From assembly GCF_009914755.1 (NCBI RefSeq), contig NC_060933.1: a stretch of 64,000 nucleotides of DNA; one strand, written 5' to 3'. Below are positions 1 to 15,073 of the stretch, piece by piece. Under the pieces are notes generated by a model. The model made no database searches, was not told the origin of the DNA, and saw only the letters and a program-made list of their open reading frames with translations. The translations under genes and the position numbers were made by a program. The stretch is from the human T2T-CHM13v2.0 reference genome, Homo sapiens. Position 1 is the stretch's first letter; each line of letters starts with the position of its first letter.

Positions 1-1519
1 AATGAAATGGAATGGAATGGAATGGAATTGAATGGAATGGAATGGAATGCAATGGAATGCAATCAACCCGAGTGCAATGGAATGGAGAGGAATGGAATGG
101 AATGGAATGGAAACTACCCGAATGGAACGAAATGTAATGGAGTGTAAGGGAATTGAAAAGAATCAATCCGAATGTGATGGAATGGAATGGAACGGAATGG
201 AATGGAATGGAATGGAATGGAATGGAATGGAATGCAATAGAATGGAATCAACCCGAGTGCAATCGAATGGAATCGAATGGAATGGAATGCAATGGAATGG
301 ATTCAACTTGAATGGAATGGAAAGAATGGAATCAACACGAGTGGAAGGGCATGGATTGGAATGCAATGGAATGGAATCAACCCGAGTACAGGGGAATGGA
401 ATGGAATGGAATGCAATGGAATGGAATCATCCGTAATGGAATGGAAAGGAATGGAATGGAATGGAATGGAATGGAATGGAATGCAATGGAATGGAATCAA
501 CACGATTGCAATCGAATGGAATGGAATGGAATTAACCCGAATAGAATGGAATGGAATGGAATGGAACGGAACGGAATGGAATGGAATGGAATGGAATGGA
601 ACGGAAAGGAATGGAATGGAATGGAAGGAATGGAATGGAATGGAATGGAATCAACGCGAGTGCAGGGGAATGGAATGGAATGGAATGCAATGGAATGGAA
701 TGGAATAAACCCGAGTGCAATGGAATGGAGTGGAATGGAATGGAATGGAATGGAGCAACCCGAACGGAATGGAATGTAATGGAGAGTAAGGGAGTTGAAT
801 AGAATCAATCCGAATGTAATGGAATGGAATGGAACGGAATGGAATTGAATGGAATGGAATGGAATGCAATGGAATGGAATCAACCCGAGTGCAATGGAAT
901 GGAGAGGAATGGAATGGAATGGAATGGAAACTACCCGAATGGAATGGAATGTAATGGAGTGTAAGGGAATTGAATAGAATCAATCCGAATGTAATGGAAT
1001 GGAATGGAACGGAATGGAATGGAATGGAATGGAATGCAATGGAATGGAATGCAATGGAATGGAATCAACCCGAGTGCAATCGAATGGAATCGAATGGAAT
1101 GGAATGCAATGGAATGGATTCAACTTGAATGGAATGGAAAGAATGGAATCAACACGAGTGGAATGGCATGGATTGGAATGGAATGGAATGGAATGAACCC
1201 GAGTACAGGGGAATGGAATGGAATGGAATGCAATGGAATGGAATCATCCGGAATGGAATGGAATGGAATGGAATGGAATGGAATTGAATGGAATGGAATC
1301 AACTCGATTGCAATCGAATGGAATGGAATGGAATTAACCCGAATAGAATGGAATGGAATGGAATGGAACGGAACGGAACAGAATGGAATGGAATGGAATG
1401 GAATGGAATGGAATGGAATGGAACGGAAAGGAATGGAATGGAATGGAATGGAATGGAATGGAATGGAATGGAATCAACGCGAGTGCAGGGGAATGGAATG
1501 GAATGGAATGCAATGGAAT

Positions 1520-1534
1520 GGAATCTTCCGGAAT
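1520..1534. promoter_or_regulatory. Perfect 3-unit heat-shock element match (putative HSF1 site)
   Basis: GGAATCTTCCGGAAT = nGAAn nTTCn nGAAn. Motif match only; binding not shown. Confidence 0.5.
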
Positions 1535-2367
1535 GGAATGGAATGGAATGGAATGGAATGGAATGGAATAAACCCGAGTGCAATGGAATGGAGTGGAATG
1601 GAATGGAATGGAATGGAACAGCCCGAATGGAATGGAATGTAATGGAGAGTAAGGGAGTTGAATAGAATCAATCCGAATGTAATGGAATGGAATGGAACGG
1701 AATGGAATTGAATGGAATGGAATGGAATGCAATGGAATGGAATCAACCCGAGTTCAATGGAATGGATAGGAATGGAATGGAATGGAATGGAAACTACCCG
1801 AATGGAATGGAATGTAATGGAGTGTAAGGGAATTGAATAGAATCAATCCGAATGTAATGGAATGGAATGGAATGGAATGGAATGCAATGGAATGGAATCA
1901 ACCCGAGTGCAATCGAATGGAATCGAATGGAATGGAATGCAATGGAATGGATTCAACTTGAATGGAATGGAATGAATGGAATCAACACGAGTGGAAGGGC
2001 ATGGATTAGAATGCAATGGAATGGAATCAACCCGAGTACAGGGGAATGGAATGGAATGGAATGCAATGGAATGGAATCATCCGTAATGGAATGGAAAGGA
2101 ATGGAATGGAATGGAATGGAATGGAATGGAATGGAATCAACTCGATTGCAGTCGAATGGAATGGAATGGAATTAACCCGAATAGAATGGAATGGAATGGA
2201 ATGGAACAGAACGGAACGGAACGGAACGGAATGGAATGGAATGGAATGGAATGGAATGGAACGGAAAGGAATGGAATGGAATGGAATGGAATGGAATGGA
2301 ACGGAATGGAATGGAATGGAATCAACGCGAGTGCAGGGGAATGGAATGGAATGGAATGCAATGGAAT

Positions 2368-2382
2368 GGAATCTTCCGGAAT
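2368..2382. promoter_or_regulatory. Perfect 3-unit HSE match
   Basis: GGAATCTTCCGGAAT. Confidence 0.5.
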
Positions 2383-3679
2383 GGAATGGAATGGAATGGA
2401 ATGGAATGGAATAAACCCGAGTGCAATGGAATGGAGTGGAATGGAATGGAATGGAATGGAACAACCCGAATGGAATGGAATGTAATGGAGAGTAAGGGAG
2501 TTGAATAGAATCAATCCGAATGTAATGGAATGGAATGGAAAGGAATCGAGTTGAATGGAATGGAATGGAATGCAATGTAATGGAATCAACCCGAGTGCAA
2601 TGGAATGGAGAGGAATGGAATGGAATGGAATGGAAACTACCCGAATGGAATGGAATGTAATGGAGTGTAAGGGAATTGAATAGAATCGATCCGAATGTAA
2701 TGGAATGGAATGGAACGGAACGGAATGGAATGGAATGGAATGGAATGGAATGCAATGGAATGGAATCAACCCGAGTGCAATCGAATGGAATCGAATGAAA
2801 TGGAATGCAATGGAATGGATTCAACTTGAATGGAATGGAAAGAATGGAATCAACACGAGTGGAAGGGCATGGATTGGAATGCAATGGAATGGAATCAACC
2901 TGAGTACAGGGGAATGGAATGGAATGGAATGCAATGGAATGGAATCATCCGTAATGGAATGGAAAGGAATGGAATGGAATGGAATGGAATGGAATGGAAT
3001 GGAATGGAATCAACTCGATTTCAATCGAATGGAATGGAATGGAATTAACCCAAATAGAATGGAATGGAATGGAATGGAACGGAACGGAATGGAATGGAAT
3101 GGAATGGAATGGAATGGAATGGAATGGAACACAACGGAACGGAACGGAATGGAATGGAATGGAATGGAATGGAATGGAACGGAACGGAACGGAATGGAAT
3201 GGAATGGAATGGAATGGAATGGAATGGAATGGAATCAACCCGCCTGCAGGGGAATGGAATGGAATGGAATGCAATGGAATGGATTCAACTTGAATGGAAT
3301 GGAAAGAATGGAATCAACACGAGTGGAATGGCATGGATTGGAATGGAATGGAATGGAATGAACCCGAGTACAGGGGAATGGAATGGAATGGAATGCAATG
3401 GAATGGAATCATCCGGAATGGAATGGAATGGAATGGAATGGAATGGAATGGAATGGAATCAACTCGATTGCAATCGAATGGAATGGAATGGAATTAACCC
3501 GAATAGAATGGAATGGAATGGAATGGAACGGAACGGAACAGAATGGAATGGAATGGAATGGAATGGAATGGAATGGAATGGAACGGAAAGGAATGGAATG
3601 GAATGGAATGGAATGGAATGGAATGGAATGGAATCAACGCGAGTACAGGGGAATGGAATGGAATGGAATGCAATGGAAT

Positions 3680-3694
3680 GGAATCTTCCGGAAT
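3680..3694. promoter_or_regulatory. Perfect 3-unit HSE match
   Basis: GGAATCTTCCGGAAT. Confidence 0.5.
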
Positions 3695-5201
3695 GGAATG
3701 GAATGGAATGGAATGGAATGGAATGGAATAAACCCGAGTGCAATGGAATGGAGTGGAATGGAATGGAATGGAATGGAACAGCCCGAATGGAATGGAATGT
3801 AATGGAGAGTAAGGGAGTTGAATAGAATCAATCCGAATGTAATGGAATGGAATGGAACGGAATGGAATTGAATGGAATGGAATGGAATGCAATGGAATGG
3901 AATCAACCCGAGTGCAATGGAATGGAGAGGAATGGAATGGAATGGAATGGAAACTACCCGAATGGAATGGAATGTAATGGAGTCTAAGGGAATTGAATAG
4001 AATCAATCCGAATGTAATGGAATGGAATGGAATGGAATGGAATGCAATGGAATGGAATCAACCCGAGTGCAATCGAATGGAATCGAATGGAATGGAATGC
4101 AATGGAATGGATTCAACTTGAATGGAATGGAAAGAATGGAATCAACACGAGTGGAAGGGCATGGATTAGAATGCAATGGAATGGAATCAACCCGAGTACA
4201 GGGGAATGGAATGGAATGGAATGCAATGGAATGGAATCAACACGATTGCAATCGAATGGAATGGAATGGAATTAACCCGAATAGAATGGAATGGAATGGA
4301 ATGGAACGGAACGGAATTGAATGGAATGGAATCAACCCGAGTGCAGGGGAATGGAATGGAATGGAATGCAATGGAATGGAATCATCCGGAATGGAATGGA
4401 ATGGAATGGAATGCAAAGCAATGGAATCAACTCGATTGCAATGGAATGGAATTGAATGGAAAGGAATACATTGGAATCAACCCGAGTGGAATGGAATGGA
4501 AAGGACTGGAATGGAGTGGAATGTAATGGAATGGAATGGAATGGAATCAACTCGTTTGGAATGGAATGGAATGGAATGGAATGGAATGGAATTAACCCGA
4601 ATAGAATGGAATGGAATGGAATGGAACGGAACGGAACGAAATGGAATGGAATGGAATGGAATGGAATGGAATGGAATGGAATCAACCCGACTGCAGGGGA
4701 ATGGAATGGAATGGAATGCAATGGAATGGATTCAACTTGAATGGAATGGAAAGAATGGAATCAACACGAGTGGAATGGCATGGATTGGAATGGAATGGAA
4801 TGGAATCAACCCGAGTACAGGGGAATGGAATGGAATGGAATGCAATGGAATGGAATCATCCGTAATGGAATGGAAAGGAATGGAATGGAATGGAATGGAA
4901 TGGAATGGAATCAACTCGATTGCAGTCGAATGGAATGGAATGGAATTAACCCGAATAGAATGGAATGGAATGGAATGGAACGGAACGGAACGGAACGGAA
5001 CGGAATGGAATGGAATGGAATGGAATGGAACGGAATGGAATGGAATGGAACGGAAAGGAATGGAATGGAATGGAATGGAATGGAATGGAATGGAATGGAA
5101 TCAACGCGAGTGCAGGGGAATGGAATGGAATGGAATGGAATTGAATGGAATGGAATCAATGCGAGTGCAGGGGAATGGAATGGAATGGAATGCAATGGAA
5201 T

Positions 5202-5216
5202 GGAATCTTCCTGAAT
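5202..5216. promoter_or_regulatory. Perfect 3-unit HSE match (variant at an n position)
   Basis: GGAATCTTCCTGAAT. Confidence 0.5.
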
Positions 5217-6069
5217 GGAATGGAATGGAATGGAATGGAATGGAATGGAATAAACCCGAGTGCAATGGAATGGAGTGGAATGGAATGGAATGGAATGGAA
5301 CAACCCGAATGGAATTGAATGTAATGGAGAGTAAGGGAGTTGAATAGAATCAATCCGAATGTAATGGAATGGAATGGAAAGGAATCGAGTTGAATGGAAT
5401 GGAATGGAATGCAATGGAATGGAATCAACCCGAGTGCAATGGAATGGAGAGGAATGGAATGGAATGGAATGGAAACTACCCGAATGGAATGGAATGTAAT
5501 GGAGTGTAAGGGAATTGAATAGAATCAATCCGAATGTAATGGAATGGAATGGAACGGAATGGAATGGAATGGAATGGAATGGAATGGAATGCAATGGAAT
5601 GGAATCAACCCGAGTGCAATCGAATGGAATCGAATGGAATGGAATGCAATGGAATGGATTCAACTTGAATGGAATGGAAAGAATGGAATCAACACGAGTG
5701 GAAGGGCATGGATTGGAATGCAATGGAATGGAATCAACCTGAGTACAGGGGAATGGAATGGAATGGAATGCAATGGAATGGAATCATCCGTAATGGAATG
5801 GAAAGGAATGGAATGGAATGGAATGGAATGGAATGGAATGGAATGGAATCAACTCGATTGCAATCGAATGGAATGGAATGGAATTAACCCAAATAGAATG
5901 GAATGGAATGGAATGGAACGGAACGGAATGGAATGGAATGGAATGGAATGGAATGGAATGGAATGGAACGGAACGGAACGGAATGGAATGGAATGGAATG
6001 GAATGGAATGGAATGGAATGGAATCAACGCGAGTGCAGGGGAATGGATTGGAATGGAATGCAATGGAAT

Positions 6070-6084
6070 GGAATCTTCCGGAAT
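6070..6084. promoter_or_regulatory. Perfect 3-unit HSE match
   Basis: GGAATCTTCCGGAAT. Confidence 0.5.
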
Positions 6085-7949
6085 GGAATGGAATGGAATG
6101 GAATGGAATGGAATGGAATGGAATCAACCCGAGTGCAATGGAATGGAGTGGAATGGAATGGAATGGAATGGAACAACCCGAATGGAATGGAATGTAATGG
6201 AGAGTAATGGAGTTGAATAGAATCAATCCGAATGTAATGGAATGGAATGGAACGGAATGGAATTGAATGGAATGGAATGGAATGCAATGGAATGGAATCA
6301 ACCCGAGTTCAATGGAATGGAGAGGAATGGAATGGAATGGAATGGAAATTACCCTAATGGAATGTAATGTAATGGAGTGTAAGGGAATTGAATAGAATCA
6401 ATCCGAATGTAATGGAATGGAATGGAACAGAATGGAATGGAATGGAATGGAATGGAATGGAATGGAATGCAATGGAATGGAATCACCCCGAGTGCAATCG
6501 AATGGAATCGAATGGAATGGAATGCAATGGAATGGATTCAACTTGAATGGAATGGAAAGAATGGAATCAACACGAGTGGAATGGCATGGATTGGAATGGA
6601 ATGGAATGGAATCAACCCGAGTAAGGGGAATGGAATGGAATGGAATGCAATGGAATGGAATCATCCGTAATGGAATGGAAAGGAATGGAATGGAATGGAA
6701 TGGAATGGAATGGAATGGAATGGAATCAACCCGAGTGCAGGGGAATGGAATGGAATGCAATGGAATGGAATGGAATGGAATGGAGTGGAATGGAATGGAA
6801 TCAACCCGAGTGCAGGGGAATGGAATGGAATGGAATGCAATGGAATGGAATCATCCGGAATGGAATGGAATGGAATGGAATGCAAAGCAATGGAATCAAC
6901 TCGATTGCAATGGAATGGAATGGAATAGAAAGGAATACATTGGAATCAACCCGAGTTGAATGGAATGGAAAGGACTGGAATGGAGTGGAATGGAATGGAA
7001 TGCAATGGAATGGAATGGAATGGAATCAACTTGATTGGAATGGAATGGAATGGAATGGAATGGAATGGAATGGAATGGAATCAACCCGACTGCAGGGGAA
7101 TGGAATGGAATGGAATGCAATGGAATGGATTCAACTTGAATGGAATGGAAAGAATGGAATCAACACGAGTGGAATGGCATGGATTGGAATGGAATGGAAT
7201 GGAATCAACCCGAGTACAGGGGAATGGAATGGAATGGAATGCAATGGAATGGAATCATCCGTAATGGAATGGAAAGGAATGGAATGGAATGGAATGGAAT
7301 GGAATGGAATGGAATGGAATCAACTCGATTGCAATCGAATGGAATGGAATGGAATTAACCCGAATAGAATGGAATGGAATGGAATGGAACGGAACGGAAT
7401 GGAATGGAATGGAATGGAATGGAATGGAACGGAACGGAATGGAATGGAATGGAATGGAATGGAATGCAATGGAATGGAATCAACCTGAGTGCAATCGAAT
7501 GGAATCGAATGGAATGGAATGCAATGGAATGGATTCAACTAGAATGGAATGGAAAGAATGGAATCAACACGAGTGGAATGACATGGATTGGAATGGAATG
7601 GAATGGAATGAACCCGAGTACAGGGGAATGGAAGGGAATGGAATGCAATGGAATGGAATCATCCGGAATGGAATGGAATGGAATGGAATGGAATGGAATG
7701 GAATGGAATGGAATGGAATCAACTCGATTGCAATCGAATGGAATGGAATGGAATTAACCCGAATAGAATGGAATGGAATGGAATGGAACGGAACGGAACA
7801 GAATGGAATGGAATGGAATGGAATGGAATGGAATGGAACGGAACGGAAAGGAAAGGAATGGAATGGAATGGAATGGAATGGAATGGAATGGAATGGAATG
7901 GAATCAACGCGAGCGCAGGGGAATGGAATGGAATGGAATGCAATGGAAT

Positions 7950-7964
7950 GGAATCTTCCGGAAT
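7950..7964. promoter_or_regulatory. Perfect 3-unit HSE match
   Basis: GGAATCTTCCGGAAT. Confidence 0.5.
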
Positions 7965-10900
7965 GGAATGGAATGGAATGGAATGGAATGGAATGGAATG
8001 GAATGGAATAAACCCGAGTGCAATGGAATGGAGTGGAATGGAATGGAATGGAATGGAATGGAACAGCCCGAATGGAATGGAATGTAATGGAGAGTAAGGG
8101 AGTTGAATAGAATCAATCCGAATGTAATGGAATGGAATGGAACGGAATGGAATTGAATGGAATGGAATGGAATGCAATGGAATGGAATCAACCCGAGTGC
8201 AATGGAATGGAGAGGAATGGAATGGAATGGAATGGAAACTACCCGAATGGAATGGAATGTAATGGAGTGTAAGGGAATTGAATAGAATCAATCCGAATGG
8301 AATGGAATGGAATGGAATGGAATGGAATGCAATGGAATGGAATCAACCCGAGTGCAATCGAATGGAATCGAATGGAATGGAATGCAATGGAATGGATTCA
8401 ACTTGAATGGAATGGAATGAATGGAATCAACACGAGTGGAAGGGCATGGATTAGAATGCAATGGAATGGAATCAACCCGAGTACAGGGGAATGGAATGGA
8501 ATGGAATGCAATGGAATGGAATCAACACGATTGCAATCGAATGGAATGGAATGGAATTAACCCGAATAGAATGGAATGGAATGGAATGGAACGGAACGGA
8601 ATGGAATGGAATGGAATCAACCCGAGTGCAGGGGAATGGAATGGAATGGAATGCAATGGAATGGAATCATCCGGAATGGAATGGAATGGAATGGAATGGA
8701 AAGCAATGGAATCAACTCGATTGCAATGGAATGGAATGGAATGGAAAGGAATACATTGGAATCAACCCGAGTGGAATGGAATGGAAAGGACTGGAACGGA
8801 GTGGAATGTAATGGAATGGAATGGAATGGAATCAACTCGATTGGAATGGAATGGAATGGAATGGAATGGAATGGAATTAACCCGAATAGAATGGAATGGA
8901 ATGGAATGGAACGGAACGGAACGGAATGGAATGGAATGGAATGGAATGGAATGGAATGGAATGGAATGGAATCAACCCGACTGCAGGGGAATGGAGTGGA
9001 ATGGAATGCAATGGAATGGATTCAACTTGAATGGAATGGAAAGAATGGAATCAACACGAGTGGAATGGCATGGAATGGCATGGAATAGAATGGAATCAAC
9101 CCGATTGCAATGGAATGGAGTGGAATGGAATGGAATGGAATGGAAACAACCCGAATGGAATGGAATGTAATGGAGAGTAAGGGAATTGAATAGAATCAAT
9201 ACGAATGTAATGGAATGGAATGGAACGGAATGGAATGCAATGGAATGGAATGGAATGCAATGGAATGGGATCAACCCGAGTGAAATGGAATGGAATCGAA
9301 AGGAATGGAATGGAATGGAATGGTTTCAACCCGAATGAAATGGAAAGGAATGGAATCAACCCGAGTGGAATGGAATGGAATGGAATGGAATGGAATGGAA
9401 TGGAATGGGTTCAACTCGAATGGAATGGAAAGGAATGGAATCAACCCGAGTGGAATGGCATGGAATGGAATGGAATGGAATGGAATGGAAGGGAATGGAA
9501 TGGAATGGAATTAACCTGAACAGAATGGAAGGGAATGGAATGGAACGGAACGGAATGGAATGGAATGGAATGGAATTGAATGGAATGCAATGGAATGGGA
9601 TCAACCCGAGTACAGGGGAATGGAATGCAATGGAATGCAATGAAATGGAATCATCCGGAATGGAATGGAATGGAATGGAATGCAATCAATCAACCCGAGT
9701 GCAATAGAATGCAGTGGAATGGAATGGAATGGTATGGAAACTACCCGAATGGAATAGAATGTAATGGAGTGTAAGGGAATTAAAAAGAATCAATCCGAAT
9801 GTAATGGAATTGAATGGAACGGAATGGAATGGAATGGAATGGAATGGAATGGAATTAACCCGAATAGAATGAAAAGGAATGGAATGGAATGGAATGGAAT
9901 GGAATGGAATGGAATGGAATGGAACGGAATAGAATGGAATGGAACGAAATGGAATGGAATGAAATGGAATGGAATGGAATGGAATGGAATGGAATCAACC
10001 CGAGTGCAGGGGAATGGAATGGAATTGAAGGCAATGGAATGGAATCATATGGAATTGAATGGAATGGAATGGAATCAACTCGATTGCAATGGAATGGAAT
10101 GGAATGGAATGGAATGGAATGGAATGGAATGGAATGGAATGGAATTAACCCGAATAGAATGGAATTGAATGGAATGGAATGGATTGGAAGTAAATGGAAT
10201 GGAATGTAATGAACCCGAGGGCAGGGGAATGGAATGGAATGGAATGCAATGGAATTGAGTCATCCGGAATGGAACAGAAAGGAATGGAATGGAATCAACC
10301 CGTGTGCAATGGAATGGAAAGGAATGGAATGGAATGGAATGGAATGGAAAGGATTCAACCCGAATGGAATGGAAAGGAAGGGAATCAACCCAAGTGGAAT
10401 GGCATGGAATGGAATGGAATGGAATGGAATGGAATGGTACCGAATAGAATGGAATGGAACGAAATGGAATAGAATGGAATGGAATGGTATGGAAACAACC
10501 CGAATGGAATGGAATGAAATGGACTGTAAGGGAATTGAATACAATCAATCCGAATGTAATGGAATGGAATGGAATGGAATGGAATGGAATGGAATGGAAT
10601 GCAGTGGAATGGAATCAAACCTAGTGCAATGGAATGGAATGGAATGGAATGGAATGGAATGGAATGGAATGGATTCAACCCAAATGGAATGGAAAGCAAT
10701 GGAATCAACGTGAGTGGAATGGCATGGAATGGAATGGAACGGAATGGAATGGAATGGAATGGAATGGAATGGAATGGTACGGAATAGAATGGAATGGAAC
10801 GAAATGGAATGGAATGGAATGGAATGGAACGGAAAGGAATGGAATCAACTCGATTGCAATGGAATGCAATGGAATGGAATGGAATGCAATTAAAGCGAAT

Positions 10901-13900
10901 AGAATGGAATGGAATGGAACGGAATGGAATGGAATGGAATGGAATGGAATCGAATGGAATCAACCTGAGTGCAGGGGAATGGAATGGAATGGAATGCAAT
11001 GGAATGTAATGGAATGGAATGCAATGGAAACAACTCGATTGCAATGGAATGGAATGGAATGGAATGGAAGGGAAAGGAATGGAATGGAATTAACCTGAAC
11101 AGAATGGAATGGAATGGAATGGAACGCAATGGAATGGAATGGATTCAACCCGAATGGAATGGAAAGGAATGGAATAAACCCGAGTGGAATGGCATGGAAT
11201 GGAATGGAATGGAATGGAATGGTACGGAATAGAATGGAATGGAACGAAATGGAATGGAATGGAATGGAATGGAATGGAATGGAATGCAATCAACCTGAGT
11301 GCAATGGAATGGAATGGAATGGAATGGAACGGAATGGAAACAACCCGAATGGAATGGAATGTAATGGAGTGTAAGGAATTGAATACAATCAATCCGAATG
11401 TAATGGAATGGAATGGAACGGAATGGAATGGAATGGAATGCAGTGGAATGGAATCAAACCTAGTGCAATGGAATGGAATGGAATGGAATGGAATGCAATG
11501 GAATGGATTGGATTCAACCCAAATGGAATGGAAAGCAATAGAATCAACCCGAGTGGAATGGCATGGAATGGAATGGAATGGAATGGAATGGAATGGAATG
11601 GAATGGTACGGAATAGAATGGAATGGATCGAAATGGAATGGAATGGAATGGAATGGAACGGAATGGAATGGAATCAACTCGATTGCAATGGAATGTAATG
11701 GAATGGAATGGAATGGAATGGAATTAACGCGAATAGAATGGAATGGAATGGAATGGAAAGGAATGGGATGGAATGGAATCAATCTGAGTGCAGGGGAATG
11801 GAATGGAATGGAATGCAATGGAATGGAATCATCCGGAATGGAATGGAATGGAATGGAATGGAATGGAATGGAATGGAAACAACCCGAATGGAATGGAATG
11901 TGATGGAGTGTAAGGGAATTGAATACAATCAATACGAATGTAATGGAATGGAATGGAACGGAATGGAATGGAATGGAATGTAATGGAATGGAATGGAATG
12001 CAATGGAATGGTATCAACCCGAGTGCAATGGAATGGAATCGAAAGGAATGGAATGGAATGGAAAGGCTTCACCCCGAATGGAATGGAAAGGAATGGAATC
12101 AACCCGAGTGGAATGGAATGGAATGGAATGGAATGGAATGGAATGGAATGGAATGCAATGGAATGGAACGGAATGGAATCAACCCGATTGCAATGAAATT
12201 GAATGGAATGGAATGGAATGGAATGGAATTAACCCGAATAGAATGGAATGGAATGGAATGGAATGGTATGGAATGGAATGGAACGGAATGGAATGGAATG
12301 GAATTGAATGGAATCAACCCGGGTGCAGGGGAATGCAATTGAATGGAAGGCAATGGAATGCAATCATCCGGAATGGAATGGAATGGAATGGAATGGAATG
12401 GAATGGTTTCAACCCGAATGGAATGGAATGGAATGGAATCAACCCGAGTGGAATGGCATGGAATGGAATGGAATGGAATGGAATGGAATGGAATGGAATG
12501 GTATGGAATAGAATGGAATGGAACGAAATGGAATGGAAGGGAATGGAATGGAATGGAATGGAATCAACCCGACTGCAATGGAATGGAGTGGAATGGAATG
12601 GAATGGAATGGAAACAACCCGAATGGAATGGAATGTAATGGAGTGTAAGGGAATTGAATACAATCAATACGAATGTAATGGAATGGAATGGAACGGAATG
12701 GAATGGAATGGAATGGAATGGAATGGAATGCAGTGGAATGGAATCAATCCTAGTGCAATGGAATGGAATGCAATGGAATGGAATGGAATGGAATGGAATG
12801 GAATGGAATGGAATGGAATGGATTCAACCCAAATGGAATGGAAAGCAATGGAATCAACCCGAGTGGAATGGCATGGAACGGAATGGAATGGAATGGTATG
12901 GAATAGAATGGAATGGAAAGAAATGGAATGGAATGGAATGGAATGGAACGGAGTGGAATGGAAAGGAATGGAATGGAATGGAATGGAATAGAATGGAATG
13001 GAACGAAATGGAATGGAATGGAACAGAATGGAATGGAATCAATCAGAGTGGAATAGAAGGGAATGCATTCGAGTAGAATGGAAAGGAATGGAATCAACCA
13101 GAGTGGAATGGAAGGGAATGGAATGGAATGGAAACTAATAAAATGGAATCAACACGAGTGGAATGGAATGGAAAGGACTTGAATGGAATGGAATGGAATC
13201 AACTCGATTGCAATGGAATGTAATGGAATGGAATTGAATGGAATTAATGCGAATAGAATGGATTGGAATGGAATGGAACGGAATGGAATGGAATGGAATG
13301 GAATGGAATCAAACTGAGTGCAGGGGAATGGAATGGAATGGAATGGAATAGAATGCAATGGAATGGAAGGGAATGGAATGGAATGGAATTAACCTGAACA
13401 GAATGGAATGGAATGGAATGGAACGGAATGGAATGGAATGGAATGGAATGGAATCCACCCGAGTTGAGGGGAATGGAATGGAATGGAATGCAATGGAATG
13501 GAATCAATCAACCCGAGTGCAATAGAATGCAGTGGAATGGAATGGAATGGAATGGAAAGTACCCGAATGGAATGGAATGTAATGGAGTGTAAGGGAATTA
13601 AAAAGAATCAATACGAATGTAATTGAATGGAATGGAACGGAATAGAATGGAATGGAATGGAATGGAATGGAATGAAATGGAATGGCATGGAATGGAATGG
13701 AATCAACCCGAGTGCAATGGAATGGAATCGAATGGAATGGAAGGGAATGGAATGGATTGAACCCGAATGGAATGGAAAGGAATGGAATAAACCCGAGTGG
13801 AATGGCATGGAATGGAATGGAATGGAATGGAATGGTACGGAATAGAATGGAAAAAAACGAAATGGAATGGAATGGAATGGAATGGAATGAACCCGTGTGC

Positions 13901-15073
13901 AATGGAATGGAATGGAATGGAATGGAATGGAATGGGTTCAACTCGAAAGGAATGGAAAGGAATGGAATCAACCCGAGTGGAATGGCATGGAATGGAATGG
14001 AATGGAATGGTATGGAATGGAATGGAATGGAATGGAATGGAATGGAATGAAATGGAATGGAATGGAATGGAATGGAATGAACCCAAGTGTAATGTAATGG
14101 AATCGAATGGAATGGAATGGAATGGAATGGATTCAACCCAAATGGAATGGAAAGGAATGGAATCAACCCGAGTGGAATGGCATGGAATGGACTGGAATGG
14201 AATGGAATGGAATGGAATGGTACGGAATAGAATGGAATGGAACGAAATGGAATGGAATGGAATGGAATGGAATGGAATGGAATGGAATGAACCCGTGTTG
14301 CAATGGAATGGAATCGAATGGAATGGAATGGAATGCAAAGGATACAACTCGAATGGAATGGAAAGGAATGAAATCAACCCGAGTGGAATGGCATGGACTG
14401 GAATGGAATGGAATGGCATGGAATGGAATGGAATTGAATGGTACGGAATAGAATCGAATGGAACGAAATGGAATGGAATGGAATGGAATGGAATGGAATG
14501 GAAACAACCCGAGTGCATGGTAATGGAATGGAATGGAAGGCAATGGAATGGAATCATCCGGAATGGAATGGAATGGAATGGAATGGAATGGAATGGAATG
14601 GAATGGAATGGAATCAACTCGATTGCAATGGAATGGAATGGAATGGAATGGAATGGAATGGAATTAACCCGGATAGAATCGAATGGAATGGAATGGAATG
14701 GAATGGAATGGAATGGAAGGGAATGGAATGTAATGGAATGGAATGGAATTAACCCGAATAGAATGGAATGGAACGGAAAGGAAGGGAATGGAATGGAATG
14801 TAATCAACTCCAGTGCAGGGGAATGCAATGGAATGGAATGAAATGGAATGGAGTCATACGGAATGGAAGGGAATGGAATGGAATCAACCAGAGTGCAATG
14901 GAATGGAGTGGAATGGAATGGAATAGAATGGAAACAACACGAATGGAATAGAATGTAATGGAGTGTAAGGGAATTGAATATAATCAATCCGAATGTAATG
15001 GAATGGAACGGAAAGGAATGGAATGGAATGGAATGGAATGGAATGAAATGGAATGGCATGGAATGGAATGGAA

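Larger units (their letters stand above)
1..9075 (+). repeat. HSat3 sub-domain A with ~0.85-kb basic higher-order unit, irregularly rearranged
   Basis: Marker GGAGAGTAAGGGAGTTG at 781, 1644, 2487, 3804, 5326, 6199 (variant), 8089; shortest spacings 863/843/873 bp. Recurrent motif order GGAGAGG, AAACTACCCG, GATTCAACTTG, GGAAAGAATGG, GAGTACAGGGG, CAACGCGAG, TCTTCCGG, ATAAACCCG. Right boundary approximate. Confidence 0.8.

Noticed and set aside
1520-1529. GGAATCTTCC as an NF-kB site
   Set aside because: It fits only the loose GGRRNNYYCC pattern and lacks the 5' GGG. The HSE reading is exact and better supported by known SatIII biology.
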